Notes under the pieces: model-generated
The model's input: only the letters and a program-made list of their open reading frames with translations
Told to the model about the DNA's origin: nothing
Databases searched by the model: none
Position numbers and translations under genes: made by a program
In this document: piece by piece, positions 25,921 through 37,859 of the stretch
How the letters are laid out: the number at the start of each line of letters is the position of its first letter
Numbering within the stretch: the first letter of the stretch is position 1
Source of the DNA: Mobula hypostoma
Lineage: Eukaryota
Length of the DNA: 64,000 nucleotides
Direction of reading: 5' to 3'
Assembly (NCBI RefSeq): GCF_963921235.1
Contig: NC_086097.1
Coordinates: 3,782,001-3,846,000 of the forward strand

Positions 25921-27390
25921 TCTGCTGAGGAAGGCAAATGTAATGTTAGCATTTATTTGAAGAGGACAAGAATATAAAAGCAAGAATGTAATGTTGAAAC
26001 TTTATAAAACACCGGTGAGGTCTCGTGGAGTATTGTGAGAAAGTTTGGGCCTCTTAGAAATGATGTGGTGAAACTGGAGAGGGTTCAAAGGAGGTTCATG
26101 AAAATGATTCCTGATTGAATGGCTTGTCATATAAAGAGCATCTGATAGCTCTGGGCCTGTATTCACTGGGATTCAGAAGAATGAGGGGTGGCCTATTGAA
26201 ACCTATCGAATAGTGAAAGGCCTTGATAGAGTGTATGTGGAGAGGATGTTTCTTATGGTGGAAGAGCCTAAGACCATAAGATATAGGAGCAGAAATAGGC
26301 CATTTGGTCCATCGAGTCTGCTCTGCTATTCAATCATGGGCTGATCCAATTCTTCCACTCCCCTGCCTTTTCCCCATATCCTTCGATACTCTGGCTAATC
26401 AAGAACCTATCTACCTCTGCCTGAAATACACCCAATAACTTGGCCTCCACAGCTGTTCATGGCAACAAATTTCACAGATTTACCACCCTCTGACTAAAGT
26501 AATTTCTCCGTATCTCAGTTCTAAATGGCTGTCCTTCAATCCTGAAGTTGTGCCCTCTTGTCCTAAACTTCCCTACCATGGGAAATAACTTTGCCATATC
26601 TCATCTGTTCAGGTCTTTTAACATTGGGATGTTTCTGTGAGATCCCCCCTCATTCTCCTGAACTCCAGGGAGTACAGCCCAAGAGCTGCCAGATGTTCCT
26701 CACACGGTAACCCTTTCATTCCTGAAATCATTCTTGTGAATCTTCTCTGAACCCTCTCCAATGTCAGTATATCCTTTCTAAAATACGGAGCCCAAAAGTT
26801 CACACAATACTCCATCTGTGGTCTCACGAGTGCCTTATAGAGCCTCAACATCACATCCCGGCTCTTATATTCTACACCCCTAGAAATGAAAGTCATATGA
26901 GGAATGTCGGTGCATTCGCCTTCTTCACCACTGACTCAAGCTGGCGGTTAACCTTCAGGGTATCCTGCACAAGGATCCCAAGTCCCTTCACATCTCTGCA
27001 TTTTGAATTCTCTCCCCACCTAAATAATAGTCTGCCCATTTATTTCTTCCACCAAAGTGCATGACCATACACTTTCCAACATTGTATTTCATTTGCCACT
27101 TCTTTGCCCATTCCCCTAAACTATCCAAGTCTCTCTGCAGGCTCTCTATTTCCACAGCACTACCTGCTTCTCCACCTATCTTTGTATCATCGGCAAATTT
27201 AGCCACAAATCCATTAATCCCATAGTCCAAATTATTAGCATACATTGTAAAAAACAGCGGACTCAACACTGACCTCTGTGGAACTCCACTGATAACCGGC
27301 AGCCAGCCAGAATAGGATCCCTTTATTCCCACTCTTCGTTTTCTGCTGACTAGCCAATGCTCCACCCACACTAGTAACTCCCCTGTAATG

Positions 27391-30300
27391 ATGTGGGTAG
27401 GAAGAAGGAGGAGGTCCTGCAAAGAGAGTTTAGGGAGTTTGGTGCAAAATTGAAAGACAGGACCTCCAGGTTTGCAATCTCAGGATTGCTACCCATGCCA
27501 CATGCTAGTGAGGCTAGAAATGGGAAGATAATGAAGCTAAATACGTGGCTAAGGAGTTGGTGCAGGAGGGAAGGCTTCATGTTTCTGGACAATTGGGCCT
27601 TGTTCCAGGGAAGGTGGGACCTATTCCGACAGGATGGGTTGCACCTGAACTGGAGGGGGACTAACATCCTTGCGGGAAGGTTTGCTAGTGCTGCTCCGGG
27701 GGGGTTTAAACTAGATTTGCAGGGGGAGGGGAACCAGAGTGTTAGAGCAGATAGTGAGGTGGAGGGGGATCAAGGTCATGCGAGAACTGCAAGTACAGTG
27801 CGTGGAGTAAAGCCAGATCTAACATACAGAGAGGCTTTGAGGAGAGAGAAGCAGAATAAACGGTGTAAAGACAGTAAGGTAGAAGGGCTGAAATGTGTGT
27901 ACCTCAATGCAAGAATCATCAGGAACAAAGGTGATGAACTGAGAGCTTGGATACATACATGGAATTATGATGTCGTGGCCATTACAGAGACTTGGCTGGC
28001 ACCAGGGCAGGAATGGATTCTCAGTGCTTTAAAAGGGATAGCGAGGGGGGGAAGGGGAGAAGGGGAGGAAGGGTGGCATTACTGGTCAGGGATACTATTA
28101 CAGCTACAGAAAGGGTGGGTTGTGTAGCAGGATCCTCTTTTGAGTCAGTATGGGTGGAAGTCAGGAATAGGAAGGGAGCAGTTACTCTATTGGGAGTATT
28201 CTATAGGCCTCCTGGTAGCAGTAGAGATACCCAGGAGCAGATTGGGAGGCAGATTTTGGAAAGGTACAAAAATAACAGGGTTGTTATCATGGGTGACTTT
28301 AACTTCCCTAATATTGATTGGTACCTGATTAGTTCAAATGGTTTAGATGGGGCAGAGCAGGTTAAGTGTGTCCAGGATGGATTCCTGTCACAGTATGTTG
28401 ACAGGCTGACTAGGGGGAATGCCATACTAGATCTAGTATTAGGTAACGAACCGGGTCAGGTCACAGATCTCTCAGTGGGTGAGCATCTGGGGGACAGTGA
28501 CCACCGCTCCCTGGCCTTCAACCTTTGTTGAAAAAAGGTAGTAAGGATAGTCCGGGTAATTATAGACCAGTGAGCCTTACGTCTGTGGTGGGAAAGCGGT
28601 TGGAAAAGATTCTTAGAGATAGGATCTGTGGGAATTTAGAGAATCATGGTCTGATCAGGGACAGTCAGCATGGCTTTGTGAAGGGCACATCATGTCTAAC
28701 AAGCCTGGTAGAGTTCTTTGAGGAGGTGACCAGGCATATAGATGAGAGTAGTGCAGTGGATGTGATCTACATGGATTTTAGTAAGGCATTTGACAAGGTT
28801 CCACACGGTAGGCTTATTCAGAAAGTCAGAAGGCATGGGATCCAGGAAAGTTTGGCCAGGTGGATTCAGAATTGGCTTGCCTGCAGAAGGCAGAGGGTCG
28901 TGGTAGAGGGAGTACATTTAGATTGGAGGATTGTGACTAGTGGTGTCCCACAAGGATCAGTTCTGGGACCTCTACTTTTCGTGATTTTTATTAGCGACCT
29001 GGATGTGGGGGTAGAAGGGTGGGTTGGCAAGTTTGCAGACAACACAAAGGTTGGTGGTATTGTGGGTAGTGTAGAGGATTGTCGAAGATTGCAGAGAGAC
29101 ATAGATAGGATGCAGAAGTGGGCTGAGAAGTGGCAGATGGAGTTCAACCCGGAGGAGTGTGAGGTGGTACACTTTGGAAGGACAAACTCCAAGGCAGAGT
29201 ACAAAGTAAATGGTAGGATACTTGGTAGGGTGGAGGAGCAAAGGGATCTCATGGTACATGTCCACAGATCCCTGAAAGTTGCCTCACAGGTGAATAGGGT
29301 AGTTAAGAAAGCTTATGGGGTGTTAGCTTTCATAAGTCGAGGGATAGAGTTTAAGAGTTGCGACGTAATGATGCAGCTCCCTAAAACTGTTAGGCCACAC
29401 TTGGAGTACTGTGTCCAGTTCTGATTGCCTCACTATAAGAAGGGTGTAGAAGCATTGGAAAGGGTACAGATCCTGACCGGTTTAGCGAGCAGAGCGGCAG
29501 ACACCCCTGCTGAGATCTGGAGGAAAATGCACAGAGGATGCAGAGGGGCATCAAAAAGGCGAGGAGTGAGGACTGGGTCGAGACAGCAGAGACTTATGGA
29601 GAAGAGGAGTTCGGTGGGTAATAAAATGGACAAGTTCACGGCACTAGCCAGGCGTCAGAGAACATTTCGGGAGTGCAGTGTTATGTGTTTCACTGGAACG
29701 GGGCTGCACGAGGACATACCCGATCAAAACTTTTCCATGGACAGCTTCCAGACTGTTCGGGCTGACCGGAAGTGCACTGAGAGCGGTAAGCGTAAAGGAG
29801 TTGGGTGCTTACTGTTCTGGTAAACAACGGATGGTGCAATCCGGGTCATATTACGATCGGGGAATGTGTTTGCAGACCGGATATTGAACTTTTTCCTGAT
29901 GGACCCCGGTCATATTCCACCGAGATACAATACTGGGCATCACGGGAGGTCGTTCCTGCCTGTGGCCATCGAACTTTGCAGCTCCTCCCGTGGAGGGTCA
30001 GACACCCTGAGCCAATAGGCGGGTCCTGGACTTATTTCCATCTGGTATAGTTTGCATTTTGTTGTTTGTTTGTTTGTGGTTTTTTGTATTGCTATATTTA
30101 TGCTCTATTCTTGGTTGGTGCGGCTGTAATGAAACCCAATTTCCCTCGGGATCAATAAAGTACATCTATCTATCTACCTACCAGAATGCTGCCTGGTTTA
30201 GAGAGTATGCATTATGATCAGAGATTAAGGGAGCTAGGGCTTTACTGTCTGGAGAGAAGGAAGATGAGAGGAGATATGATAGAGGTATACAAGATAATAG

Positions 30301-30618
30301 GAATAGATAGAGTGGATAGCCAGCCCCTTTTCCCCAGGGCGCTACTGCTCAATACAAGAGGACATGGCTTTAAGGTAAGGGATGGGAAGTTCAAGGGGGA
30401 TATTAGAGGAAGGTTTTTTACTCAGAGAGTGGTTGGTGCGTGAAATGCACTGCCTGCGTCAGTGGTGGAGACAGATACACTAGTGAAATTTAAGAGACTA
30501 CTAGACAGGTATATGGAGGAATTTAAGGTGGGGGTTTATATGGGAGACAGGGTTTAAGGGTCAGCAGAACATTGTGGGTCGAAGGGCCTGTACTGTGGTG
30601 TATTGTTCTATGTTCTAT
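27391..30618 (+). mobile_element. CR1 LINE of a second subfamily, internally deleted between endonuclease and RT
   Basis: ORFs 27393..28127 (DGLHLN, YLNAR), 27992..28531 (GDFN, SDH), 28525..29424 (RT) and 30186..30443. Tail (ttctatg)n. Confidence 0.92.
29470..30179 (+). mobile_element. Internally deleted Rex1/Babar-type LINE
   Basis: NKMDKFTALARRQRTFRECSVMCFTGTGLHEDIPD (endonuclease N-terminus) is joined to a 3' UTR with aataaag and a (tatc)n tail. Confidence 0.75.
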
Positions 30619-31361
30619 TCCATGGGCTCTTATCTTGCTGAGCAGCCTCATGTGCGGCACCTTGTCAAAGGCCTTCTGAAAATCCAAGTACACCACATCT
30701 ACTGCATCTCCTTTGTCTACCCTGCTTGTAATTTCCTCAAAAAATTGCAGTAGGTTAGTCAAGCAGGATTTTGTTTCAGGAAATCATGCTATCTTTGGCC
30801 TATCTTGTCAGGTGCCTCCAGGTACTCTGTAATCTCATCCCTAACAATCGATTCCAACAACTTCCCAACCGCTGATGTTAGGCTAATAGGTCTATAGTTT
30901 CCTTTCTGCTGCCTCCCACCCTTCTTAAATAGCGGAGTTACATTGGCAATAATGCAGTCATCTGTTACAATGCCAGAATCTATCGATTCTTGAAAGATCA
31001 TTGTTAATGCCTCTGTAATCTCTCCAGCTACTTCCTTCAGAACCCGAGGATGCATTCCATCAGGTCCAGGACATTTATCCACCCTCAGACCATTAAGATT
31101 CCTGAGCACCTTCTCAGTCATAATTTTCACTGCACAAACTTCACTTCCCTGACACTCTTGAATGTCCAGTATTCTGCAGATGTCTTCCACAGTGAAGACT
31201 GATGTAAAATACGTATTCAATTCCTCTGTCATCTCTGCGTCTCTCATTACAATATCTCCAGCATCATTTTATATTGGTCCTATATCTACCCTCAACTCCC
31301 TTTTACCTTTTATATACTTAAAAAAGCTTTTAGTATCTTCTTTGATATTAGTTGTCAGCTT

Positions 31362-31592
31362 GGCTCCATCCCTCCCCCTCCTGTCTTCTGCTATCATTTC
31401 GGATCTCCCCCTCCCCCTCCCACTTTCAAATCTCTTACTAGCTCTTCTTTCAGTTAGTCCTGACGAAGGGTCTCGGCCCGAAACGTCGACTGTACCTCTT
31501 CCTAGAGATGCTGCCTGGCCTGCTGCGTTCACCAGCAACTTTGATGTGTGTTGCTTGAAATTCCAGCATCTGCAGATTTCCTTGTGTTTGCG
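31362..31592 (+). mobile_element. Penelope-type pLTR insertion with an intact hammerhead
   Basis: Interrupts a CR1 (gtcagctt|...|cctttcataattc). Has a pyrimidine-rich leader, the hammerhead and the conserved downstream motif. Confidence 0.8.
31456..31491 (+). ncRNA. Minimal type-I hammerhead ribozyme motif
   Basis: Stem I AGTC/GACT, core CTGACGA and GAAA, stem II GGG/CCC after an extra A, palindromic stem III ACGT. Predicted cleavage after GUC at 31487. Activity is untested. Confidence 0.75.
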
Positions 31593-32052
31593 TCCTTTCA
31601 TAATTCATCTTTTCTTTCTTAATGACCTTCTTAGTTTCCTTCTGTAAGTTTTTAAAAGCTTCCTAATCCTCTACCTTTCCACTAGCTCTGGCTTCCTTGT
31701 ATGCCTTCTCTTTTGCTTTTACTTTGGCTCTGATTTTACTTGTCAGCCACAGTAGTATCCTCCTTCCATTCGAAAATTTCTTATTTCGAGTACAGGTTTC
31801 CCCTGCTATCTGAAGGTAGGTCGTTCCTATGAAACGGTTCGTAAGCCGGACTGTCGTAAAGTGAATAAGCAATTACCGTTTACTAGTACGGGAAAAATTT
31901 TTGAGCGTTCCCAGACCCAAAAAATAACCTGCAAAATCATGCCAAATAACTCAAAACCTAAAATAACACTAACATATAGTAAAAGCAGTAATGATTTGAT
32001 AAATACACAGCCTATATAAAGTAGAAATACTTTTCTGCAGCACTGTCTAGCG

Positions 32053-32821
32053 CAGCGGTCCCCAACCACCGAGCCATGGACCGGTACCGGGCTGCAACGC
32101 ATGGGCTACCGGGCCGCGAGGGAACGATATGAGTCAGCTGCACCTTTCCTCATTACCTGTCACGCACTGTTGAACTTGAACATAGGGTTGCCAACTGTCC
32201 CATATTTGCCGGGACATCCCGTATATTGAGCTAAATTGGTTTGTCCCATACTGGACTGCCCTTTTCCCGTATTTCCCCCGCTAAGGTAGAGCGTTCCTGT
32301 GAAACCATTCATGCCGAAATGGCGTAAAGCAAAGAAGCAATTACCATTAATTTATATGGGAAAAATTTTTGAGCGTTCCCAGACCCAAAAAATAACCTAC
32401 CAAATCATACCAACTAACACATAAAACCTAAAATAACAGTAACATATAGTAAAAGCAGGAATGATATGATAAATACACAGCCTATATAAAGTAGAAATAA
32501 TGTATGTACAGTGTAGTTGGGAAGACTAAGCCAAAACCGATTTGTGGAGAAAAAAGTCGGCATGCACGCGCGTGCACACACAGGTGCCTGTGCAAGGCTT
32601 CATGGTCATGGTAGTCTTTCTTGGGGTAAACACTGTCCCATATTTGACTGCTAGTTTTGTCCCTTATTTGGGAGTGAGAAAGTTGGCAACCCTAACTGTA
32701 AAAGACATGTTGAGGTGAGTTTAACCCTACTTGAACACCCCCCCCCCACCGGTCAGCCCGTCCGCAAGAATATTGTCACTATTATACCGGTCCGCAGTGC
32801 AAGAAAGGTTGTGGACCCCTG
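32053..32821. mobile_element. hAT-Charlie-type MITE
   Basis: TIRs CAGCGGTCCCCAACC / GGTTGTGGACCCCTG, with a perfect 8 bp TSD GTCTAGCG (32045-32052, 32822-32829). Confidence 0.9.
32183..32729. mobile_element. hAT (Blackjack-like) MITE nested in the Charlie MITE
   Basis: Starts TAGGGTTGCCAAC, has GTTGGCAACCCTA at 32682-32694 and AACCCTA at 32723-32729. The 8 bp TSD is CTTGAACA (32175-32182, 32730-32737). Confidence 0.8.
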
Positions 32822-33121
32822 GTCTAGCGCAGCGAAAATCTCACAGAAGCGCTCTCAGCAGAAACACTCTCTCCAGTAACCTTTAAGCTATGAAGCTGCC
32901 AAATCATACCAAATAACAAATAAAAATACACAGCCTATATAAAGTAGAAATAATGTATGTACAGTGTAGTATCACTTACCGGAATTGGGAAGACTCTAAT
33001 AAATTGCAGTTTCGTCACAGTTAAACACTTGCTTATACGAGTAAGCACCTGACGCAATCGGCAATCGCCTCTGATCTGGGCCGACATTTACGTGCCGGGC
33101 AACACCTAATTAATGAGCTTG

Positions 33122-33157
33122 AGTCCTGACGAAGGGTCTCGGCCTGAAACGTCGACT
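33122..33157 (+). ncRNA. Minimal type-I hammerhead ribozyme motif
   Basis: AGTC-CTGACGA-AGG(gtctcgg)CCT-GAAAC-GTC-GACT. Predicted cleavage after 33153. Confidence 0.75.
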
Positions 33158-33220
33158 GCGCCTCTTCCTATAGAAGCTGCCTGGCCTGCTGCGTTCACCA
33201 GCAACTTTGATGTATGTTGT
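33122..33220 (+). mobile_element. 99 bp Penelope-type mini-insertion that starts with a hammerhead
   Basis: Perfect 15 bp duplication TAATTAATGAGCTTG at 33107-33121 and 33221-33235. Confidence 0.85.
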
Positions 33221-33809
33221 TAATTAATGAGCTTGTTTATTTTGGCTTTTTTTCTTAAAGATGTGCTGGGTGCGTTCCGACTACTGCTGCATTCTTCACG
33301 GCAATGTGTCAGTCCGCGGCCCGGAGGTTGGGGACTGCTGCTTAAACCATGAAGCTGCCCTCGCCTCAGAAACCGATCAAACCACCCATGACTACCTTTA
33401 AATTCCACTTTCGCAACACTTCATCACCATCATCCAGTGCTTTCTGTTTCAGCTCATTAAAAAGACTGACTGATTTCTCCTTAAGTATAAGATAACTTAA
33501 CGGAACACCACGCTTTGTACACCCATCAATCCATTCCAGCAATAGACTTTCCATTTTATCCATTATTGAATGCCGACTAAGAGAGACCACTTTGCTACGA
33601 GCAGAGCCAACAGTAACATTGGCAGCTTTCAAAATTCTTTCTCTCTGCGTATAAATAGTGCGAATGGTAGACTCAGGCAAGTTCAACGTGCGGACAATGT
33701 CCTTACTTCGTTCACCACGATCGAAACGCTTAATTATGTCTAGTTTTACACTAAGTGTAACACCCTTATGAGCTCTTTTAGGCTTTTCCGATACCTTAGA
33801 ACTCATCTT

Positions 33810-34487
33810 TTTTTAGATTATGAGAACACTCAGTCCTCTTTTATTGTCATTTAGAAATGCATACATGCATTAAGAAATGGTACAATGTTTCTCCGGAGTG
33901 ATATCACAGAAAACAGGACAGACCAAAGACTAACACTGACAGAACCACATAATTATAACATATAGTTACAGCAGTGCAAAGCAATACCATAATTTGATGA
34001 AGAACAGTCCATAGGCACAGTAAAAAAAAGTCTCAAAGTCCCCGAGTCCCCGATAGCAGGCGGCAAAAGGGAGAAACTCCCTGCCGTAAGCCTCCAGGCA
34101 CCGTCAACTTGCCGATACCTTGGAAACAGCTGACCACAGCCGACCCTGAGTCCATCCGTCTGAAAACTCCGAGCTTCCGAGCAGTCTCTCCGATGCAGCC
34201 TCCCGAGCGCCATCCTCTGCCGAGCACCTTCGACCTCTCCCCGGCCGTTGAAACACGCAAAGCTGAGGATTTCGAGGCCTTCAGCTCCAGAGATTCCGGT
34301 AACCACACAGTAGCAGAGGTAGCAAAGCAGACATTTCAGAAGTTTTCCAGATGTTCCGCTATGCACTCACATCTGTCTCCATCAAATCAGGATTGTGCAC
34401 GGTCCCCTACTTGACAAATAACAGATATTCATCACCAAAGTGGCCGCGTGCACTGTCGTTGCTCCGCCATCTTCTCCCCCCTCCCCC
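33810..34487 (-). mobile_element. Short non-autonomous retroelement (head plus tail) inserted just upstream of the Tigger ATG
   Basis: The minus strand starts ggggagaagatggcgg and ends aataaaagagg...aatctaaaaaaa. TCTT is present on both sides. Confidence 0.65.
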
Positions 34488-37235
34488 TCTTGCTAACGGA
34501 TGCACAAAATAAATCGAGATAAAGCACGTGTTTAAGCAATGCTGGCTAGAATGCAGTTCAGGGGGAGGAGCTTGGCTGTTCGGGTGCACACTGCCTTTTT
34601 TCGTAACAGTGAAAACATCTTCTGTTAGTGAAGACAGGTAACTAATGTAGGTCTTTCGTAACAGCAAGGTATCGTAAAGCGAACGTTCGGAAAATGGGGG
34701 GGCAACCTGTATATCTGTCTTGCATTTCCCTCATTTTTGCAGAAACTCCAGCCATTGCTGCTCTGCTGTCCTACCTGTTAGTGTCCCTTTCCAGTCAACT
34801 TTGGCCAGTTCCCTTCTCATGCCACTGTAATTTCATTTATTTCACTGAAATACCAATACATTGGAATTTAGTTTCTCCTTCTCAAATTTCAAAGTGAACT
34901 CGATCATATTATGATCATTGTTCCCCAAGGGTACCTTAACTTTAAGCTCTCTTATCACCTCCAGATCATTGCACAACACCCAATCCAGCATAGCCGATCC
35001 CCTGGTGGGCTCAACAACAAGCTGTTCTAAAAAGCCATCCCTTAGACATTCTACAAATTCACTCTCTTGAGGTTCAGTACTGGCCTAGTTTTCCCAATCC
35101 ACTTTCATGTTAAAATCCCCAACGATTATCATGATATTACCCTTCTGACACGCCTTTTTATCTCCTGTTGTAATTTGTAATCCACATCCCAGCTGCTGTT
35201 TGGAGGCCTGTATACAACTGTCATTCGGGTCCTTTTACCCTTGTCATTTCTGAACTCAATCCATAGAGACTCTACACGTTCCGTTCCTATGTCATCCCTT
35301 TCTAAGGATTTAATATTATTTCTTATACACAGGACTACACCACCCCCTCTGCCTACTACCCTATCTTTCCAATACACCGTATATCACTGGACGTTCATCT
35401 CCCAATGGCAGCCATCCTTTAGCCAAGTTTTAGAGATGGCCAGAACGTCATACTTGCCAATCTGAGACTGAATTTCAAGATTGTCCATTTTATTTCTTAT
35501 GCTGCGTGCATTCAAATATAACACTTCTGGTCCAGTATTTGTTGCTTTCTGTTTTAACTGCACCACACCTCTATTGCCCTGTAACTCATGCTACTGGCTG
35601 TGATTATGCCTCATCTCCTGCCTGTCCTTTCTATCATCTCTGTTGCACACTATCTTTGATTTATTTCTGTTTTCCCCTTCCTCAGCCCTATCACTCTGGT
35701 TCCCATTCCCCTGCCAAATTAGTTTAAACCCTCTCTAACAGCCCTATTAAACCTACCTGCTAGGATATTGGACCCCTTTGAGTTCAGGAGTAATCTATCC
35801 TTTTTGTACAGGTCATACCTCCCCCAGAAGATGCCATAATTAACCAGGAACCCAAAGCCCTTCCCCCTACACCAGTCTCTCAGCCAAGCAGTAATATGCC
35901 TGATTATGTTATTCTTGCACTCATTAGCACGTGGCACAGGCAGCAATCCCGAGATTACTATCCTGGAGGTCCTTCTTTTCTCTCTTCAGGACCTCCTCCC
36001 TTTTTCTACCTATGTCATTGGTACCAGCATGCACCAAGACTTCTGGCTGTTCACCCCTCTCCCTTCAGAATATTTTGCATCCGATCCAAGACATCCTGTA
36101 CCCTGGCACCTGGGAGGCAACATACCATGCGGGTATCTCTATCAGGTTGACAGAACCTCCTGTTTGTTCCCCTCACTATGGAATTCCCTGTGACTACCGG
36201 ATTCCTCACCTTCTTCTCTCCCTTCTGCATCATGGAACCAGGCTCAGTGCCAGAGACCCGATCACTGTGGTCATCCTCTGTCAGGTCACCCCCCCTCAAC
36301 ACAGCATCCAAAACGAGGTAACGATTACTGAGGGGGATGGCCATATGGGTCCTCTCTACTATCTAAGCTCTTCCCATCCCTTCCCTGACCATCGTCCACT
36401 TATCTAACTCCTACAGCCTCGGGGTGACTAACTCCTTGTAGCTCCTATCACTTTCCCTGATAAACTGTAGGTCATCAAGCCGCAGCTCCAGATCCCTAAC
36501 ACTGTCTCTCAGGAGCTGCATCTTGGTGCACCTGGTGCAGATGTGGCCATCTGGGAGACTGGAAGATTCCCGGGATTCCCACATTTGACACCCAGAGCAA
36601 AGTACTAACCCTACAGACATGCTCTTTATTCCTCTTTTTAAAAAAAATGCAAAGAAAAAAAAAATGAAGTCCACCTACCCACTTAGCTCGCTGAAGCCCA
36701 AATGAGCCAAAATCCAACTAATCTGCCTCAGATCACTCCATCGATAACTGCTCTGCTAGACAGTGTCTCCCTTTTATGCCTGACTTTCCCTGCTATCTAA
36801 TTCACGATTAGTGTTCCGGTTATAGCCAACGGACTATGGGCAAACGCTCTCAAAGCTCCCTTTTTAAATAACCTCCACTGATCTGCAAGATATCCCACTT
36901 GGTAAAGCTCTGTTGACGTGTGGAAAACAGAGGGCAAGACCAGAGGACCCAGCCTCAGAATAGATGGGTGTCCTTTTACAATGGAGATGAGGAATTTCTT
37001 TAGCTAAAGAGTTGTGAAGCTGTGAAATTCTTTGCCACAGGCAGCTGTGGAAGCCAAGTCTTTATGTATATTTAAAGCAGAGGTTGATAGATTTTTGATT
37101 GGTCAGGACATGAAAGGACTCGGGGTGAAGGCAGGAGATTGGGGCTGAGAGGAAAATTGGATTGGCCATGATGAAATAGCAGAGCAGATCAATGGGCCAA
37201 ATGGCCTAATTCTGCTCCTATATCTTATGGTCTTG

Positions 37236-37605
37236 TGCTCTAAAACTGTTCACAATACTTAATATGTGGCCTGATTAATGCCTTATAAGATCTGATTACA
37301 TTCTTGCTTTTATATTCTAGTCCTCTTGAAATGTATGATGACATTAAATTTGCCCTGCTACTGGCTCAATCTGTAAGAATCCTGCAGTCGGCCTCCGAAG
37401 TCTCTTTGCAACTCTGATTTCTGAGTTTGCTTCCCATTTAGAAAATATTCTGTGCTGTTATTCCTGTGCATAACCAAACAGTTTTCTGCACTGTATTCCA
37501 TCTGCCACTCCTTTGCCCATTCCTCCAATCTGCCCCAGTCCTTACAGACTCCGTGCTTTCTCAACACTATCTTCCCCTCCACCAATCTTTGTATCATCCA
37601 CAAGC
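37236..37605 (-). mobile_element. CR1 fragment
   Basis: RLEEWAKEWQMEY in ORF 37358..37636. Confidence 0.8.
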
Positions 37606-37859
37606 TCAAATGAAGGTTCACGGTGATTCCTGCCAATCATGTGGCTGTTTTGTTATAGATTGGGTGTCAAAGTTTCTGGACAGTGTGACTGGGGTGCATT
37701 CATGTGTGGATTTCAGAATATTCTAGGACGCTGCTGGCATGTGCCTTGTAGATGTTTAACAATGAGATGGTGTTAACTTGATAAGTGACTCTCCAAGAGG
37801 GCATAACTTATATTTAAGATAATTTCTAATCCTTAAATCATTTTAAAATTCCCTATTGT

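Larger units (their letters stand above)
31793..34709 (-). mobile_element. Tigger/pogo DNA transposon, DDE domain deleted, with nested inserts
   Basis: TA|CAGGTTTCCCC ... GGGGCAACCTG|TA. ORF 33366..33806 has the psq HTH (VTLSVKLDIIKRFDRGE...STIRTI) and the CENP-B HTH, followed by FKGSHGWFDRF in another frame. Confidence 0.92.
26272..36935 (-). mobile_element. Near full-length CR1 LINE (5' UTR, ORF1, ORF2, tail) in pieces at about 36935-34710, 31790-30616 and 27390-26272
   Basis: ORF1: CSGCQMWE...HICTRC plus zipper (36411..36674) and esterase parts (36051..36344, 35719..35946). Endonuclease YLNARSI/GGGV/YRPPN. RT pieces 30789..31247, 30523..30762 and 26988..27422 (KFADD). C-terminus 26618..26896. 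Many stops and frameshifts. Confidence 0.9.
25922..37235 (+). mobile_element. CR1 3' fragment split into about 25922-26276 and 36936-37235 by a 10.6 kb nest
   Basis: The host reads gagcctaagacca|...|aagaccagaggacccagcctcagaa, with aagacca duplicated. Confidence 0.8.

Noticed and set aside
28525..29424. Functional stand-alone reverse transcriptase (retron- or DGR-like)
   Set aside because: Ordinary CR1 RT fragment with FADD changed to FADN, an upstream deletion and a downstream stop.
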